DNA of 62,065 nt, the filler included, from a bacterium (GTDB taxonomy: Bacteria; JBDRGX01): the NCBI GenBank assembly GCA_043817485.1. It is 3 parts of 3 records of this genome, joined end to end, with 100 filler letters (N's around TTAATTAATTAA, not from the genome) between each part and the next. Parts side by side here need not be neighbours in the genome. Positions count along the whole stretch, not along the records: positions 1 to 22,885 come from JBDRGX010000102.1; 2 more parts are not named here. One strand, 5' to 3'. Positions 10,095-20,628 of the stretch are shown piece by piece (the first letter of the stretch is position 1; every line of letters begins with the position of its first letter). The notes below the pieces were generated by a model. It made no database searches. It was not told the DNA's origin and was given only the letters and a program-made list of their open reading frames with translations. A program made the translations under genes and the position numbers.

Positions 10095-12227
10095 TCATCC
10101 TACCATTGTTAATTTCATTTTTTCTTTATATTCTTCAATTATTTTTCGTTTAATTAAAAAATATTCTGGTTTTAAAAGAGATTTATCTTGTTCAATTATT
10201 TGAAATGCTGTTTTACGAGCAATTTCTAAAATTTTTATATCTGTAATTAAATTAGCTAATTTCAAATCTGGCAATCCATGTTGTCTTGTTCCCATAAATT
10301 CTCCAGGACCTCTTTGTTTTAAATCAAGTTCAGCAATTTTAAAACCATCTGATGTTTGAAGCATTGCTTTTATTCTTTCTTTTGCTTCCAATGAAAGCTT
10401 AACTCCTGTAAAAAGCAAACAATATGATTCTTTACTTCCTCTTCCAATTCTTCCTCTTAATTGATGAAGAGAAGATAATCCAAATCTTTCTGCATGTTCA
10501 ATTACCATTACTGTTACATTGGGAATATCTATTCCTACTTCTACTACTGTAGTACAAACTAATATTTGTATTTCATTGTTTTTAAATGCAGACATTATTT
10601 CTTCTTTTTCTTGAACTTTCATTTTTCCATGCAATAAACCTACTTTTAAATCTGGAAAAATATCTTGTTGAAGATGTTTTTGCATTATTATAGCTGCTTT
10701 AAGATCTATTTTTTCTGATTCTTCAATTAATGGATAAACAATATATACTTGATGTCCTTTTTTTATTTCTTCTTTTAAAAAAGTATACATTTCTTTTCTT
10801 TTTTTTTCTGTAATCCATTTTGTTATTATTTGTTTTCTTCCTTTTGGTAATTCATTTAATATAGAAACATCTAAATCTCCATAAACTGTTAAAGAAAGAG
10901 TTCTCGGAATAGGAGTTGCTGTCATTATTAAAACATCTAAATTTTGTCCTTTTTTTCTTAAAGCATCTCTTTGAAGTACTCCAAATTTATGTTGTTCATC
11001 AATAACAACAAGTCCTAAATTTTTAAACTTAACAGATTCTTGAATTAAACTATGAGTACCAATTACAATATTTATTTCTCCATCTTCAATTTTTTTTATA
11101 GTATCTTTTTTTTCTGAAAATTTTAAACCACTTGAAAGAAGTCCTATTTTTATACCTAATTTTTCCAAATTTTTATGAAGTGTAAGATAATGTTGTTCTG
11201 CTAATATTTCTGTAGGAGCCATTATTGTTGCTTGATACCCACTTTCACAACAAATTAACATAGCAAAAATAGCAACTATTGTTTTTCCAGAACCAACATC
11301 TCCTTGTAATAAACGATTCATTGAGTGTTCACTGCACATATCTAATTTAATTTCTTTTATTACTTTTTTTTGAGCTTCTGTTAATTGAAATGGTAAATTA
11401 TTATAAAAATGAGAAATAAATTGATTTGTAATTTTAAAAAATAATTCTTTTTTAGGTAAAATATAAATTTGCTTTTTTAAAAATAAAGCAATTTGAAAAA
11501 AGAAAAATTCATCAAAAATTAATCTATTTTTTGCTTTTTGTAATGTTTCATAAGAAGAAGGAAAATGAATTTGAAAAAGAGATTCGTTAATATCTAAAAA
11601 ATTCATTTTTTCACGAATAAACAAAGGGATTAAATCATTTAATTTTCCAAAATATTCATCAAGTCCTTTTTTAATAAAATTTCTTAATAATCTCATATTT
11701 TTTACATAACCAGATAATTTATAAATTGGAATAATTTTCCCAGTTTGAATAGATTCTGTATTTTCATCTTCATCAATTAATTCATAATCAAAACTATAAC
11801 TTTGAAGTTCATTAAATTTAATTTTAAAATTACCAGATACTATTATTTTTTTTCCATTAATAAATATTTTATCAAAATATTTGAAAAATTTTTTTTGATT
11901 AAAAAATATTAAAGATGCTATTCCTGTATCATCTTTAATTATTACTTTATAAATTGGTTGTTTATAAAATCCATGAGGAGTAATAACTTGAGTAGTTTCA
12001 ATAGTAGCATAAATTGTTTCTATTGCTAAATTTTCTTTTTGATAGAAAAGATGGGAAATTTTTTTAATTTTACTACAATCTCTATAATCACGAGGATAAT
12101 ATTGAAGTAAATCTAAAATAGTTTTAATGCCTAAAGTATTCAAAAGTTTAGCCCTTTCTGGGCCTATTCCTTTTAAATACTGAACAGGTATTTTTAAATC
12201 TAATAAAGAAATTGTATTTATTTTCAT
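10095..12227 (-). CDS. recG: ATP-dependent DNA helicase RecG
   Basis: LLQGDVGSGKT, MAPTEILAEQH, VIDEQH, MTATPIPRTL, LHQLRGRIGRG, RGPGEFMGTRQHG. Confidence 0.97.
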   Translation of the reverse strand: MKINTISLLDLKIPVQYLKGIGPERAKLLNTLGIKTILDLLQYYPRDYRDCSKIKKISHLFYQKENLAIETIYATIETTQVITPHGFYKQPIYKVIIKDDTGIASLIFFNQKKFFKYFDKIFINGKKIIVSGNFKIKFNELQSYSFDYELIDEDENTESIQTGKIIPIYKLSGYVKNMRLLRNFIKKGLDEYFGKLNDLIPLFIREKMNFLDINESLFQIHFPSSYETLQKAKNRLIFDEFFFFQIALFLKKQIYILPKKELFFKITNQFISHFYNNLPFQLTEAQKKVIKEIKLDMCSEHSMNRLLQGDVGSGKTIVAIFAMLICCESGYQATIMAPTEILAEQHYLTLHKNLEKLGIKIGLLSSGLKFSEKKDTIKKIEDGEINIVIGTHSLIQESVKFKNLGLVVIDEQHKFGVLQRDALRKKGQNLDVLIMTATPIPRTLSLTVYGDLDVSILNELPKGRKQIITKWITEKKRKEMYTFLKEEIKKGHQVYIVYPLIEESEKIDLKAAIIMQKHLQQDIFPDLKVGLLHGKMKVQEKEEIMSAFKNNEIQILVCTTVVEVGIDIPNVTVMVIEHAERFGLSSLHQLRGRIGRGSKESYCLLFTGVKLSLEAKERIKAMLQTSDGFKIAELDLKQRGPGEFMGTRQHGLPDLKLANLITDIKILEIARKTAFQIIEQDKSLLKPEYFLIKRKIIEEYKEKMKLTMVG

Positions 12228-12242
12228 TTTAAAAATTTCATT

Positions 12243-13304
12243 TTAAAAAATATGAATACTTGAAGATTTAAAAGTTAAATAAACTTTTTTATTTAAACAA
12301 AGATTCATTTCTTCAAAAGAAGAATGAGTAATAATGCTTATAAAATTTTTAACAGCCATTACATTAAGATATATAAAAGATCCTTTGTCTATAATTTCCG
12401 TAATAATGCCCGAAAAACAATTTTTAGCACTTGAAAAAATAAAATCTTGTGAAATTAAAATATTTTCTGGACGAATAAAAACATTTATTTCATCATTATT
12501 ATTTTTTTCTGTAACTACAAAAAGTTTAATATTTCCTAAATCAACAAATTTTTTTCCATTTTCTTCAATTATCTTTCCTTTGAAAATATTATTAATTCCT
12601 ACAAATTGAGATACAAATTCTGAATTTGGTTTTTGAAAAATTTCATTTGGAGTTCCAATTTGCACAAAACTTCCTTTATTTATTATTCCAATTCGTGTTG
12701 CTAAAATAAAAGCTTCTTCAAAATTATGAGTTACTTGTAATATTGTAATAGATAATGTTTTATGAATATAAGCAAATAATTTTAATAGCATATTTTTAGA
12801 TTTTGAATCTATCCCAGTTAATGGCTCATCTAAAATAAGAATTTTAGGAGTAATAGTTAAAGCACGAGCAATAGCCACTTTTTGTTTTTCTCCTCCACTT
12901 AATTTATCTGGAAAACGATGAAAAAGATATTTTATTTCTAAAAGTTCTTCAAATTGATCAAGTTTTTTTTGTATTTCTTTTATGGACATATTTCTTATTT
13001 TCAAACCAAAACATATATTTTCAAATACATTCAAATGAGGAAAAAGACAAGCACCTTGAGGAACAAAACCAATATTTCTTTTTTCTGAAGCAAAAAAAGT
13101 AATATCTTTTTCTTCTAAATAAATTTTCCCTTTACAAGGAATATTAAACCCAAGAATAGTTTCTAATAATAAAGTTTTTCCACTACCAGTAGGACCTAAA
13201 ATTATAAAATATTCTTGCTTTTCAATATCAAGATTTATGTTTTCTAAACTAAATTCTTTTGTAGAAAAAAAAACATTTTTTAATTTAATCACTTTTTTTT
13301 CCAT
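12243..13304 (-). CDS. Tungstate/molybdate ABC transporter ATP-binding protein (WtpC/ModC-like, TOBE domain)
   Basis: GPTGSGKT Walker A, LSGGEKQ signature, LILDEP; C-terminal SSAKNCFSG..TFKSSSIH TOBE-like region. Confidence 0.82.
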   Translation of the reverse strand: MEKKVIKLKNVFFSTKEFSLENINLDIEKQEYFIILGPTGSGKTLLLETILGFNIPCKGKIYLEEKDITFFASEKRNIGFVPQGACLFPHLNVFENICFGLKIRNMSIKEIQKKLDQFEELLEIKYLFHRFPDKLSGGEKQKVAIARALTITPKILILDEPLTGIDSKSKNMLLKLFAYIHKTLSITILQVTHNFEEAFILATRIGIINKGSFVQIGTPNEIFQKPNSEFVSQFVGINNIFKGKIIEENGKKFVDLGNIKLFVVTEKNNNDEINVFIRPENILISQDFIFSSAKNCFSGIITEIIDKGSFIYLNVMAVKNFISIITHSSFEEMNLCLNKKVYLTFKSSSIHIF

Positions 13305-14067
13305 ATGCAAATTTCTGGCTTAAAATAAAAAACAAAAGACAACCCAAAATAAGTATACAAGATATTGGACCAGAATATTTTAATCCATAAGTTACAAATC
13401 TCTCATAAATTAAAACTGAAGATGTCATTGGATGATATGCTAAAATAATTACAGCCCCAAACTCACTAATTCCTCTTCCCCACATTAACATTATTCCTGA
13501 TAAAATATTTTTCCAAGCTAAAGGAAATGAAATTTTCCAAAAAACCTGCCAAGAATTTGCACCTAAACTTCTTGCTACATTTTCTATTTTCAAATCAATG
13601 CTTTTAAATCCATCTCGAGCTGAATTAATTAAAAAAGGAACACTTACAAATAACATTGCAATTACAATGCCTGGTATTTCTCCAATAAAATTAATATTAA
13701 ATATTTTAAAAAATTTTCCGCCTACTTTATTAGAACTAAAAACTCCTAAAAGAGCAATTCCAGCTGCTGAATGAGGAATAACAATTGGAATATTTATTAT
13801 TCCTTCTATTAAAAATTTTCCCGGAAATGAATAACGAGCCAATTGATAAGCCAATGGTATCCCTAAAATAAATCCAATAAAAATTGCCCATAAACTTGAT
13901 ATAATAGAAATTTTCATAGATTCAATTACTTCTTTTTCTAAAATAGTTAATTTTAAAACACTTGGAGAAGTAGAAATGAAAATATTTAAAACTGGAAAAA
14001 AAATAAATAAAAGAATAATTATTCCTAAACAAGAAAAAATAAATTGAGTTTTATTTTTTAACCACAT
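13285..14067 (-). CDS. Tungstate/molybdate ABC transporter permease (WtpB/ModB-like)
   Basis: PIVIPHSAAGIALL, ENVARSLGA (EAA loop), WGRGISEFGAV; overlaps the dnaX stop. Confidence 0.85.
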   Translation of the reverse strand: MWLKNKTQFIFSCLGIIILLFIFFPVLNIFISTSPSVLKLTILEKEVIESMKISIISSLWAIFIGFILGIPLAYQLARYSFPGKFLIEGIINIPIVIPHSAAGIALLGVFSSNKVGGKFFKIFNINFIGEIPGIVIAMLFVSVPFLINSARDGFKSIDLKIENVARSLGANSWQVFWKISFPLAWKNILSGIMLMWGRGISEFGAVIILAYHPMTSSVLIYERFVTYGLKYSGPISCILILGCLLFFILSQKFAYGKKSD

Positions 14068-15718
14068 CTATTATTTCCCCATTAAATAAATCTAAAGCTT
14101 TTTGAATCATATCTTCTTTTTTTAAAATTTCATTTATATTTTCTTTTAATATTTTTTTTTCATTATCTTTGTGCTTTTGATCCTTTGAATTTTCTGCAAT
14201 TTCTGTTTTTGTAATTTCACACTTTATTTTATATTTTTTTTTCATTACACTTTCAATTTCTTTTTCTATTATTTCTTGATGTTTTCCTTCTATTTTTTCT
14301 TTATAAAAACTATTATTAAACCCAATTATAATAGTATCATTTTCTATACTAATAGGAACTCCTTGTTCAAGCCAACATGCTGTTGTAATCCGTGTTTTTT
14401 TTAAATTATTAATAATTTTTTGCCACATATTTTTTAAATTAACTAATTCATTAATTTCTTTTTTTTCTTCATTATTAACTTCATTATCAGAATTAAAAGA
14501 AAAAACTATTTCTTTTGACACTTCTTTTATATCATTATTTTCTTCAATATTTTTTTCAATTTCATTTTCTATTTTTTTTTCTTCATTATTAATAATTTTT
14601 TCTAATTTTTCAAGTCTTTCTAAAAAGTTTTGTTGAAAAACTGTTGTTTTTATTCGAGAAAGTTTAATAACAGCCAATTCCAAAGTAATTCTTGTATTTG
14701 AACTTCTTTTTAAATCTTGTTCTAATTGAGAAATATAAGATAAAATTTCTATTATTTCTTCTATTTTAAAACAAAAAAATATTTCCTTCCATTCTTTTTT
14801 CCAATCAATATCTATTTCTGATTTTATTTTCCAAATCATTAAATTTCTAAAATATTCTCTTAAATCTTTAGTAAATTGAACAATATCTTTTCCTTGTGTA
14901 ATTATTTCTTCAACTAAATTTATAATTAATGTAGAATTTTGATCAACAATTGTTTTAGCAATTTCCCATAAAACTTCTTCTTCTATTTTTCCCAATATTT
15001 CTTTTACATCTTTTAAAGTAATTTTTCTTTCACCACAATATGAAGTTACTTGATCTAAAATAGATTGGCCATCTCTAATACTTCCTTCTGCATTTTGAGA
15101 AATAAAATCTAAACAATTAGATTCTATTTCTATTTTTTCTTGTATGCAAATTTTAGTTAAATTTTCAGTAATATCTAAAATAGAAAGTCTTTTAAAATCA
15201 AATTCTTGACAACGAGATGCAATAGTTAAAGGAACTTTTTGAGGTTCTGTTGTAGCAAAAATAAAAATTATATGAGCAGGTGGCTCTTCTAAAGTTTTAA
15301 GAAGTGCATTGAAAGCCTCAGTAGTTAACATATGAACTTCATCAATAATATAAACCTTATAACGACATTTATTCGAAGCAAATTTAATCCTTTCTCTTAA
15401 ATCTCTAATTTCATCAATTCCTCTATTAGAAGCACCATCTATTTCTATAACATCTAAACAAGACCCTTCAGTGATTTCCTTGCAATTATCACAAACAAGA
15501 CAAGGTTGTGCTGTCGGCTTTTCTTCACAATTTATTGCTTTAGCTAAAATTCGAGCAATACTTGTTTTTCCTGTTCCTCTAGGCCCAGTAAAAAGATACG
15601 CATGAGAAATTCTATTAAGATTTATTGCATTAGATAAAGTAATAGTAATGTGTTTTTGATTAATTACTTCTTTGAAATCTTGCGGTCTATATTTTCTAGC
15701 AAAAACAATATAAGCCAA
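14051..15718 (-). CDS. dnaX: DNA polymerase III subunit gamma/tau
   Basis: ARKYRP, GPRGTGKT, zinc Cys cluster, EIDGASNRG, IIDEVHML, ASRC; TTG start after AGGAGG. Confidence 0.97.
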   Translation of the reverse strand: MAYIVFARKYRPQDFKEVINQKHITITLSNAINLNRISHAYLFTGPRGTGKTSIARILAKAINCEEKPTAQPCLVCDNCKEITEGSCLDVIEIDGASNRGIDEIRDLRERIKFASNKCRYKVYIIDEVHMLTTEAFNALLKTLEEPPAHIIFIFATTEPQKVPLTIASRCQEFDFKRLSILDITENLTKICIQEKIEIESNCLDFISQNAEGSIRDGQSILDQVTSYCGERKITLKDVKEILGKIEEEVLWEIAKTIVDQNSTLIINLVEEIITQGKDIVQFTKDLREYFRNLMIWKIKSEIDIDWKKEWKEIFFCFKIEEIIEILSYISQLEQDLKRSSNTRITLELAVIKLSRIKTTVFQQNFLERLEKLEKIINNEEKKIENEIEKNIEENNDIKEVSKEIVFSFNSDNEVNNEEKKEINELVNLKNMWQKIINNLKKTRITTACWLEQGVPISIENDTIIIGFNNSFYKEKIEGKHQEIIEKEIESVMKKKYKIKCEITKTEIAENSKDQKHKDNEKKILKENINEILKKEDMIQKALDLFNGEIIDVVKK

Positions 15719-15810
15719 AATAAACCTCCTATGTTTTATTTATGTGATATTAAATCGCATTAAAAAGTAAAAAGTTAGAATACAAAATGAAATTTTGAAT
15801 TGAAAAATTT

Positions 15811-15850
15811 CCACCCCCTGTTCTAACGAACAACCCCCGCCAGCGGGGGA
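15811..15850. repeat. REP-like GC-rich palindrome
   Basis: CCACCCCC...CCCCCGCCAGCGGGGG hairpin inside an AT-rich intergenic region. Confidence 0.5.
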
Positions 15851-15979
15851 TATTAGAAGTATTAAAAAATTTAATTTTCCTCCATCTAAAATCTAAAATT
15901 GTTTTCTTTTTCTCGACCCCTTGAACTCTTTTATTCCCTATTTTTTATTATTTTTTCAATCTAAAATTCCAATATCATG

Positions 15980-16099
15980 CAGACTGTGTCGCAATAAGAA
16001 TTTGGCATAAAAGTATGCCACATATTTTGTACTAATCTCATAAGCAAACACTATATATAGTATGGAATTGCCATTGTTTATCAATTACGACACAGTTTC
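15980..16099. mobile_element. 120-bp MITE with IS1182-type terminal inverted repeats
   Basis: Left cAGACTGTGTCGCAAT and right ATTACGACACAGTTTC match the IS ends at 27847, 52966 and 61936; no ORF inside. Confidence 0.8.
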
Positions 16100-17537
16100 A
16101 TAACCCATATTCTTTCCATTTTTCATTTACTAAATTTTTTATTTTTTCTGTCATTTTTATTTCATTTGGCCAATTTTTTAACATTCCTTCTTCTTTTGTT
16201 TTTCGTGTAGCATCAATCCCCATTTTTGCTCCATATGAAGTCCAAGAAGAAGAATGATCTAATGCATCAAGTGGCCCTCCTGAAATAATTAAATCTCTTG
16301 ATGGATCTACATTATTAAATACTTTCCAAGCAACTTCTTTTAAATTTTGAATATCTGTATCATCTTCTAAAACTATTACAAATTTACTATTCATAAGTTG
16401 CCCTAATCCCCAAATAGAATGAATAATTTTTTTCCCTTGTCCAGGATAGGTTTTTTTAATAGAAACTATAATACAATTATGAAATACTCCTTCTATTGGA
16501 AAATTTATATCTTTTATTTCTGGAAAAATAAATTGAATTAATGGTAAAAAAATTCTTTCAGTAGCTTTAGCCATAAAACAATCTTCCATTGGAGGTCTAC
16601 CTACTATAGTACTTGAATAAATTGCATTTTTTCTATGAGTAATACAAGTTAAATGAAAAACAGAATATAAATCTTTATTAGAATAAAATCCTGTATGATC
16701 TCCAAAAGGACCTTCTTCTTTTTTTTCTTCTGGTAAAACATATCCTTCTAAAACAAATTCACTATTAGCTGGAACTTCCATATCTATTGTTTTACATTTA
16801 ACTAATTCTATTTTTTTATTTCTTAAAAATCCCGCAAAAATTACTTCATCAAAATTTTTTGGCAAAGGTGCTGTTGCTGCATAAATCATTGCTGGATCAG
16901 TTCCAATTACTACAGCAACATCTAATTTTTCATTTTGTGAACATGCACGAAGATGGTCTGCTCCATCTTTATGAATATGCCAATGCATCCCAGTAGTATT
17001 TTTATCAAAAACTTGCATTCTATACATTCCTACATTTCTTATTTTTGTTTTTGGATCTTTCGTGAAAACTAAAGGCAAAGTAATAAATTTGCCTCCATCT
17101 TCTGGCCAACATTTTAAAATAGGTAAAATACTTAAATCTGGATCTTTTAAAATAATTTCTTGACATAAAGCATTTTTTATAATTTTAGGAAAATAAGAAG
17201 AAAAATTTTTTAATTGAAATAACAGTTTAATTTTATTTTCCAAAGAAAAAGAAACATTAGGAATTTGTAATAAAGATTTTATTTTATTAGCAATTTCATC
17301 AAAATTTTCTGTTTCTAATGCTAAATTCATTCTTTCATAACTTGCAAAAAGATTGGTTACAACTGGAAAATTTGAATTTTTTACTTTTTCAAAAAAAAGT
17401 GCTGGACCATTTGTTTTAACACTTCTATCAGATATTTCTGTAATTTCTAAAACAGGATCAACTTCTGTTTTTATTTTTTTAATAAGATTTTTTCTTTCTA
17501 ATACTTCTATAAAATGCCTTAAATCATTATAAGCCAA
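16098..17537 (-). CDS. ubiD: UbiD-family decarboxylase (menaquinone biosynthesis type)
   Basis: RNVGMYRMQV, EGPFGDHTGFY, VGRPPMED, KMGIDATRK motifs. Confidence 0.9.
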   Translation of the reverse strand: MAYNDLRHFIEVLERKNLIKKIKTEVDPVLEITEISDRSVKTNGPALFFEKVKNSNFPVVTNLFASYERMNLALETENFDEIANKIKSLLQIPNVSFSLENKIKLLFQLKNFSSYFPKIIKNALCQEIILKDPDLSILPILKCWPEDGGKFITLPLVFTKDPKTKIRNVGMYRMQVFDKNTTGMHWHIHKDGADHLRACSQNEKLDVAVVIGTDPAMIYAATAPLPKNFDEVIFAGFLRNKKIELVKCKTIDMEVPANSEFVLEGYVLPEEKKEEGPFGDHTGFYSNKDLYSVFHLTCITHRKNAIYSSTIVGRPPMEDCFMAKATERIFLPLIQFIFPEIKDINFPIEGVFHNCIIVSIKKTYPGQGKKIIHSIWGLGQLMNSKFVIVLEDDTDIQNLKEVAWKVFNNVDPSRDLIISGGPLDALDHSSSWTSYGAKMGIDATRKTKEEGMLKNWPNEIKMTEKIKNLVNEKWKEYGL

Positions 17538-17850
17538 ATTTATCTCCTATTGTTTCATCAATCCATTTTAGAAAATTCAGATTTCCTTTTTCTATGTTTA
17601 AAGCAATAATACAAGGAACTTCATAAGAATGTAATTCTTTTACTCTTTCAATTATTTTATCAACTAATTCATTTTTTGTTTTAATAAACATTGCTACTTC
17701 TTTATTATTTTGAATAACATTTTTCCATTTATAAATGGATTTTATAGGAAATATATTTATACAAGCAGCCAAATTTTCACTAATTAATTTTTGAGCTATT
17801 TTCTCAGCTTCTTTATTGTTAGAACAAGTTATATAAACTAATTTGTACAT
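17527..17850 (-). CDS. cutA: Divalent-cation tolerance protein CutA
   Basis: LAACIN, SIYKW, KELHSYEVPCII. Confidence 0.93.
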   Translation of the reverse strand: MYKLVYITCSNNKEAEKIAQKLISENLAACINIFPIKSIYKWKNVIQNNKEVAMFIKTKNELVDKIIERVKELHSYEVPCIIALNIEKGNLNFLKWIDETIGDKFGL

Positions 17851-17908
17851 TCTCAATAATCCTTTCTATATTATTTCTATATTATTTTAACTAAATAAAT
17901 TTATTAAG

Positions 17909-17937
17909 TTTATACTAATTTTTAATTGGGCTGTCAA
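17909..17937 (-). promoter_or_regulatory. Putative sigma70 promoter for cutA-ubiD
   Basis: TTGACA-N17-TATAAA on the minus strand. Confidence 0.5.
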
Positions 17938-18084
17938 GTAAAAAACTATTCATAAAAATTTTATTTATAAAGTATTTTTTAGTATTTTTATATATAAAAA
18001 ACTAAACCATTATTAATTTTTCTTGACAATTTAACAAAAATAATAATAAAATAAAAATAATTTTTTTTGGTTAAAAAGTAAAAT

Positions 18085-18948
18085 ATGAAAGTTTTAATAT
18101 CTAAAAATTCTGGTTTTTGTTTTGGCGTAAATCGAGCAATAGAATTAGCTTCTTGTTTAATTCAATCGTCTAAAAAAAATATTTATTCTTTAGGCGAAAT
18201 TATTCATAATAAACAAGTAGTTGAAAAATTAAAATCATCTGGATTAAAACCAATTCAAGATATTTCGCAAATCACAAAAGGACATATTTTAATTCGTAGT
18301 CATGGAATAAGTTTATCTTTATTAGAAGAAATAAAAAAAAGAAAACTTAAAATTATTGATGCTACTTGTCCTTTTATAAAAAAAATTCAAAAAATAGTTC
18401 AAAAATTAGACAAAGAAGGTTATTTAGTAATAATTATAGGCGAAAAAAATCATCCAGAAATAAAAAGTCTAATTAGTTTTGCAAAAGAAGTAATTGTAGT
18501 AAAAAATAAACAAGAAGCTCTTAAAGTTAAAAAGTTTTCTAAAATAGGAATAGTTGGACAAACAACTATTCCACAAGAATTGTTTTATGAAATAGTAAAT
18601 ATTTTATTAAAAAATAAACAAGAAGTTAGAGTTTATAATACTATTTGCAATACTACTATCATTCGTCAAAAGAATACTATATCTTTAGCAAAAAAAGTGA
18701 ACTTAATGTTAATAGTAGGTAATAAAAATAGTGCTAATACTTTTTCATTATATAAATTGTGCAAAAAAATAAATAAAAATACATATCATATAGAAGAAGT
18801 AAATGAAATTAAAAATAAATGGTTATCTTGTGCGAAATCAGTAGGAATTTCTGGAGGTGCTTCTACTCCAAATTGGGTGATAAAAAAAATAGCAGAAAAA
18901 TGCAAACTACCAAATTCAAAATATGAAATTCGAAACCCAAATGAATAA
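18085..18948 (+). CDS. ispH: 4-hydroxy-3-methylbut-2-enyl diphosphate reductase
   Basis: GFCFGVNRA, IIHN, IRSHG, DATCP, HPEI, NTICNTT, GASTP. Confidence 0.95.
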   Translation: MKVLISKNSGFCFGVNRAIELASCLIQSSKKNIYSLGEIIHNKQVVEKLKSSGLKPIQDISQITKGHILIRSHGISLSLLEEIKKRKLKIIDATCPFIKKIQKIVQKLDKEGYLVIIIGEKNHPEIKSLISFAKEVIVVKNKQEALKVKKFSKIGIVGQTTIPQELFYEIVNILLKNKQEVRVYNTICNTTIIRQKNTISLAKKVNLMLIVGNKNSANTFSLYKLCKKINKNTYHIEEVNEIKNKWLSCAKSVGISGGASTPNWVIKKIAEKCKLPNSKYEIRNPNE

Positions 18949-18966
18949 AAAATGAATAAAAATAGA

Positions 18967-19035
18967 TTTTGTTTTGAACATTTGTATTTCGGTCATTCGA
19001 ATTTGTTTCGGATTTCGATATTCGTATTTCTGATT
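18967..19035 (-). repeat. Dispersed heptad-repeat element copy
   Basis: TTTTGAACATTTGTATTTCGGTCATTCGAATTTGTTTCGGATTTCGATATTCG; near-identical to 32321-32395; inverted partner inside the ispH 3' end (18911-18945). Confidence 0.75.
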
Positions 19036-19132
19036 TTTTTTTATTTTATATTCCTTTGATTGCAATTTGGTATTAAATAAATTTATACGAATTTAAAAAA
19101 TTTTAATATATTAAGGAGGTTTTAATTTTAAA

Positions 19133-20614
19133 ATGGGTATAAGAGAAAAATTTAAAAATGATGTAGAAAAATTAAAAGAATGGGAATTGTACGAGCAAAC
19201 AATGAACAAAATAGATTCTGGGAAAGTAATAAAAGCAAAAGTAGTTAAAGTTACTAATAAGGATGTCATTGTTGATATAAATTTCAAGTCAGAAGGGATT
19301 ATTCCTCTTTCTCAATTTATTTCTTATTCAGGAGAATGCAATATTAAAGTAAATGATGAAATAGATGTATTTCTTCAAGAAAAAGAAGATAGCGAGGGAA
19401 ATGTTGTTCTTTCAAAAATAAAAGCTGATAAACTTAAATTCTGGGATAGAATGGAAGAAGCTTATGCAAAAGAACAATGTGTTGAAGGAAATATTGTTCA
19501 ACAAACAAAAGGTGGTTTTAAAGTAGATATAGGAATGGAATCATTTTTACCTGCTTCACAACTTGATTTAAAACCAGTACCTTTAAAAAATTTTAATCAA
19601 TATGTTGGAAAAGTTTATAAAATGCAAATCATAAAAGTAAATAAAAAAAGAAGAAATATTATTCTTTCTCGAAAAGCATTTTTAGAAATTGAAAACGAAA
19701 AAATAAAACAAGAAGCATTGACCACTCTTAAAGTAGGAGAATTAAAAAAAGGATTAGTAAAAAATATTACTGATTATGGAGCTTTTATTAATTTAGGTGG
19801 AATAGATGGCCTTTTACACATTACAGATATGGCATGGGGAGAAGTAAAAAAGGCAAGTGATATTGTTTCACAAGGACAAGAAATAGAAGTAATGATTCTT
19901 GCAATTAATCCTGAAACTAAAAAAATTTCATTGGGCTTAAAGCAAAAAACACAAAATCCATGGCTCAATATAGAAGAAAAATATGCTTTAAATACTAAAT
20001 ATACTGGTGAAGTAATTGGTCTTGCTAATTATGGAATTTTTGTAAAATTAGAAAACGGATTAGAAGGATTATTACATCTTTCAGAAATTTCTTGGACTAA
20101 AAAAGCAATTTATCCATCTAATCTTTTTTCAATTGGAGATAAAATTGATGTAGTAATTCTTTCAATTGATAAAGAATCAAGAAAAATATATTTAGGGATT
20201 AAACAATTAACAGAAAATCCTTGGAAAAAAATTGATGAAAAATATCCCGTAGGAACAGAAATAAATGGAATTGTTAGAAGTTTATCTAATTTTGGTGCTT
20301 TTGTAGAAATTGAAAAAGATATTGAAGGATTACTTCATATTAAAGAAATGAAAAAATTTCAAGATATAGAAAAACCAAATAAAATGCTAAACGAAGGCGA
20401 TAAAATAAAAGTAATTATTTTATCAATTGATAAAGATAGTGAAAGAATTGCATTAGGCTTAACTCTTGACACAAACACTGAAATTAAACAAGAAAAACAA
20501 GAAACAGAAAACACAATAGAACAAATTGCAATTCAAAAAACAATAAAAAGAACTTATACAAAAAGAAAAACAATCGAAACAGAAAAAGAAACAGAAACAG
20601 AAGAAAAATTATAA
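19133..20614 (+). CDS. rpsA: 30S ribosomal protein S1
   Basis: Repeated S1 domains (KSEGIIP, FLPASQ, DYGAFINLGGIDGLLHI, EGLLHLSE); AAGGAGG RBS. Confidence 0.95.
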   Translation: MGIREKFKNDVEKLKEWELYEQTMNKIDSGKVIKAKVVKVTNKDVIVDINFKSEGIIPLSQFISYSGECNIKVNDEIDVFLQEKEDSEGNVVLSKIKADKLKFWDRMEEAYAKEQCVEGNIVQQTKGGFKVDIGMESFLPASQLDLKPVPLKNFNQYVGKVYKMQIIKVNKKRRNIILSRKAFLEIENEKIKQEALTTLKVGELKKGLVKNITDYGAFINLGGIDGLLHITDMAWGEVKKASDIVSQGQEIEVMILAINPETKKISLGLKQKTQNPWLNIEEKYALNTKYTGEVIGLANYGIFVKLENGLEGLLHLSEISWTKKAIYPSNLFSIGDKIDVVILSIDKESRKIYLGIKQLTENPWKKIDEKYPVGTEINGIVRSLSNFGAFVEIEKDIEGLLHIKEMKKFQDIEKPNKMLNEGDKIKVIILSIDKDSERIALGLTLDTNTEIKQEKQETENTIEQIAIQKTIKRTYTKRKTIETEKETETEEKL

Positions 20615-20628
20615 AAAAAGAGGGAATA

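Noticed and set aside
15720-15980. SRP RNA (ffs), often found upstream of dnaX
   Set aside because: No CAGG..GGAAG..AGCAG domain IV motif seen; only a REP-like palindrome and AT-rich sequence
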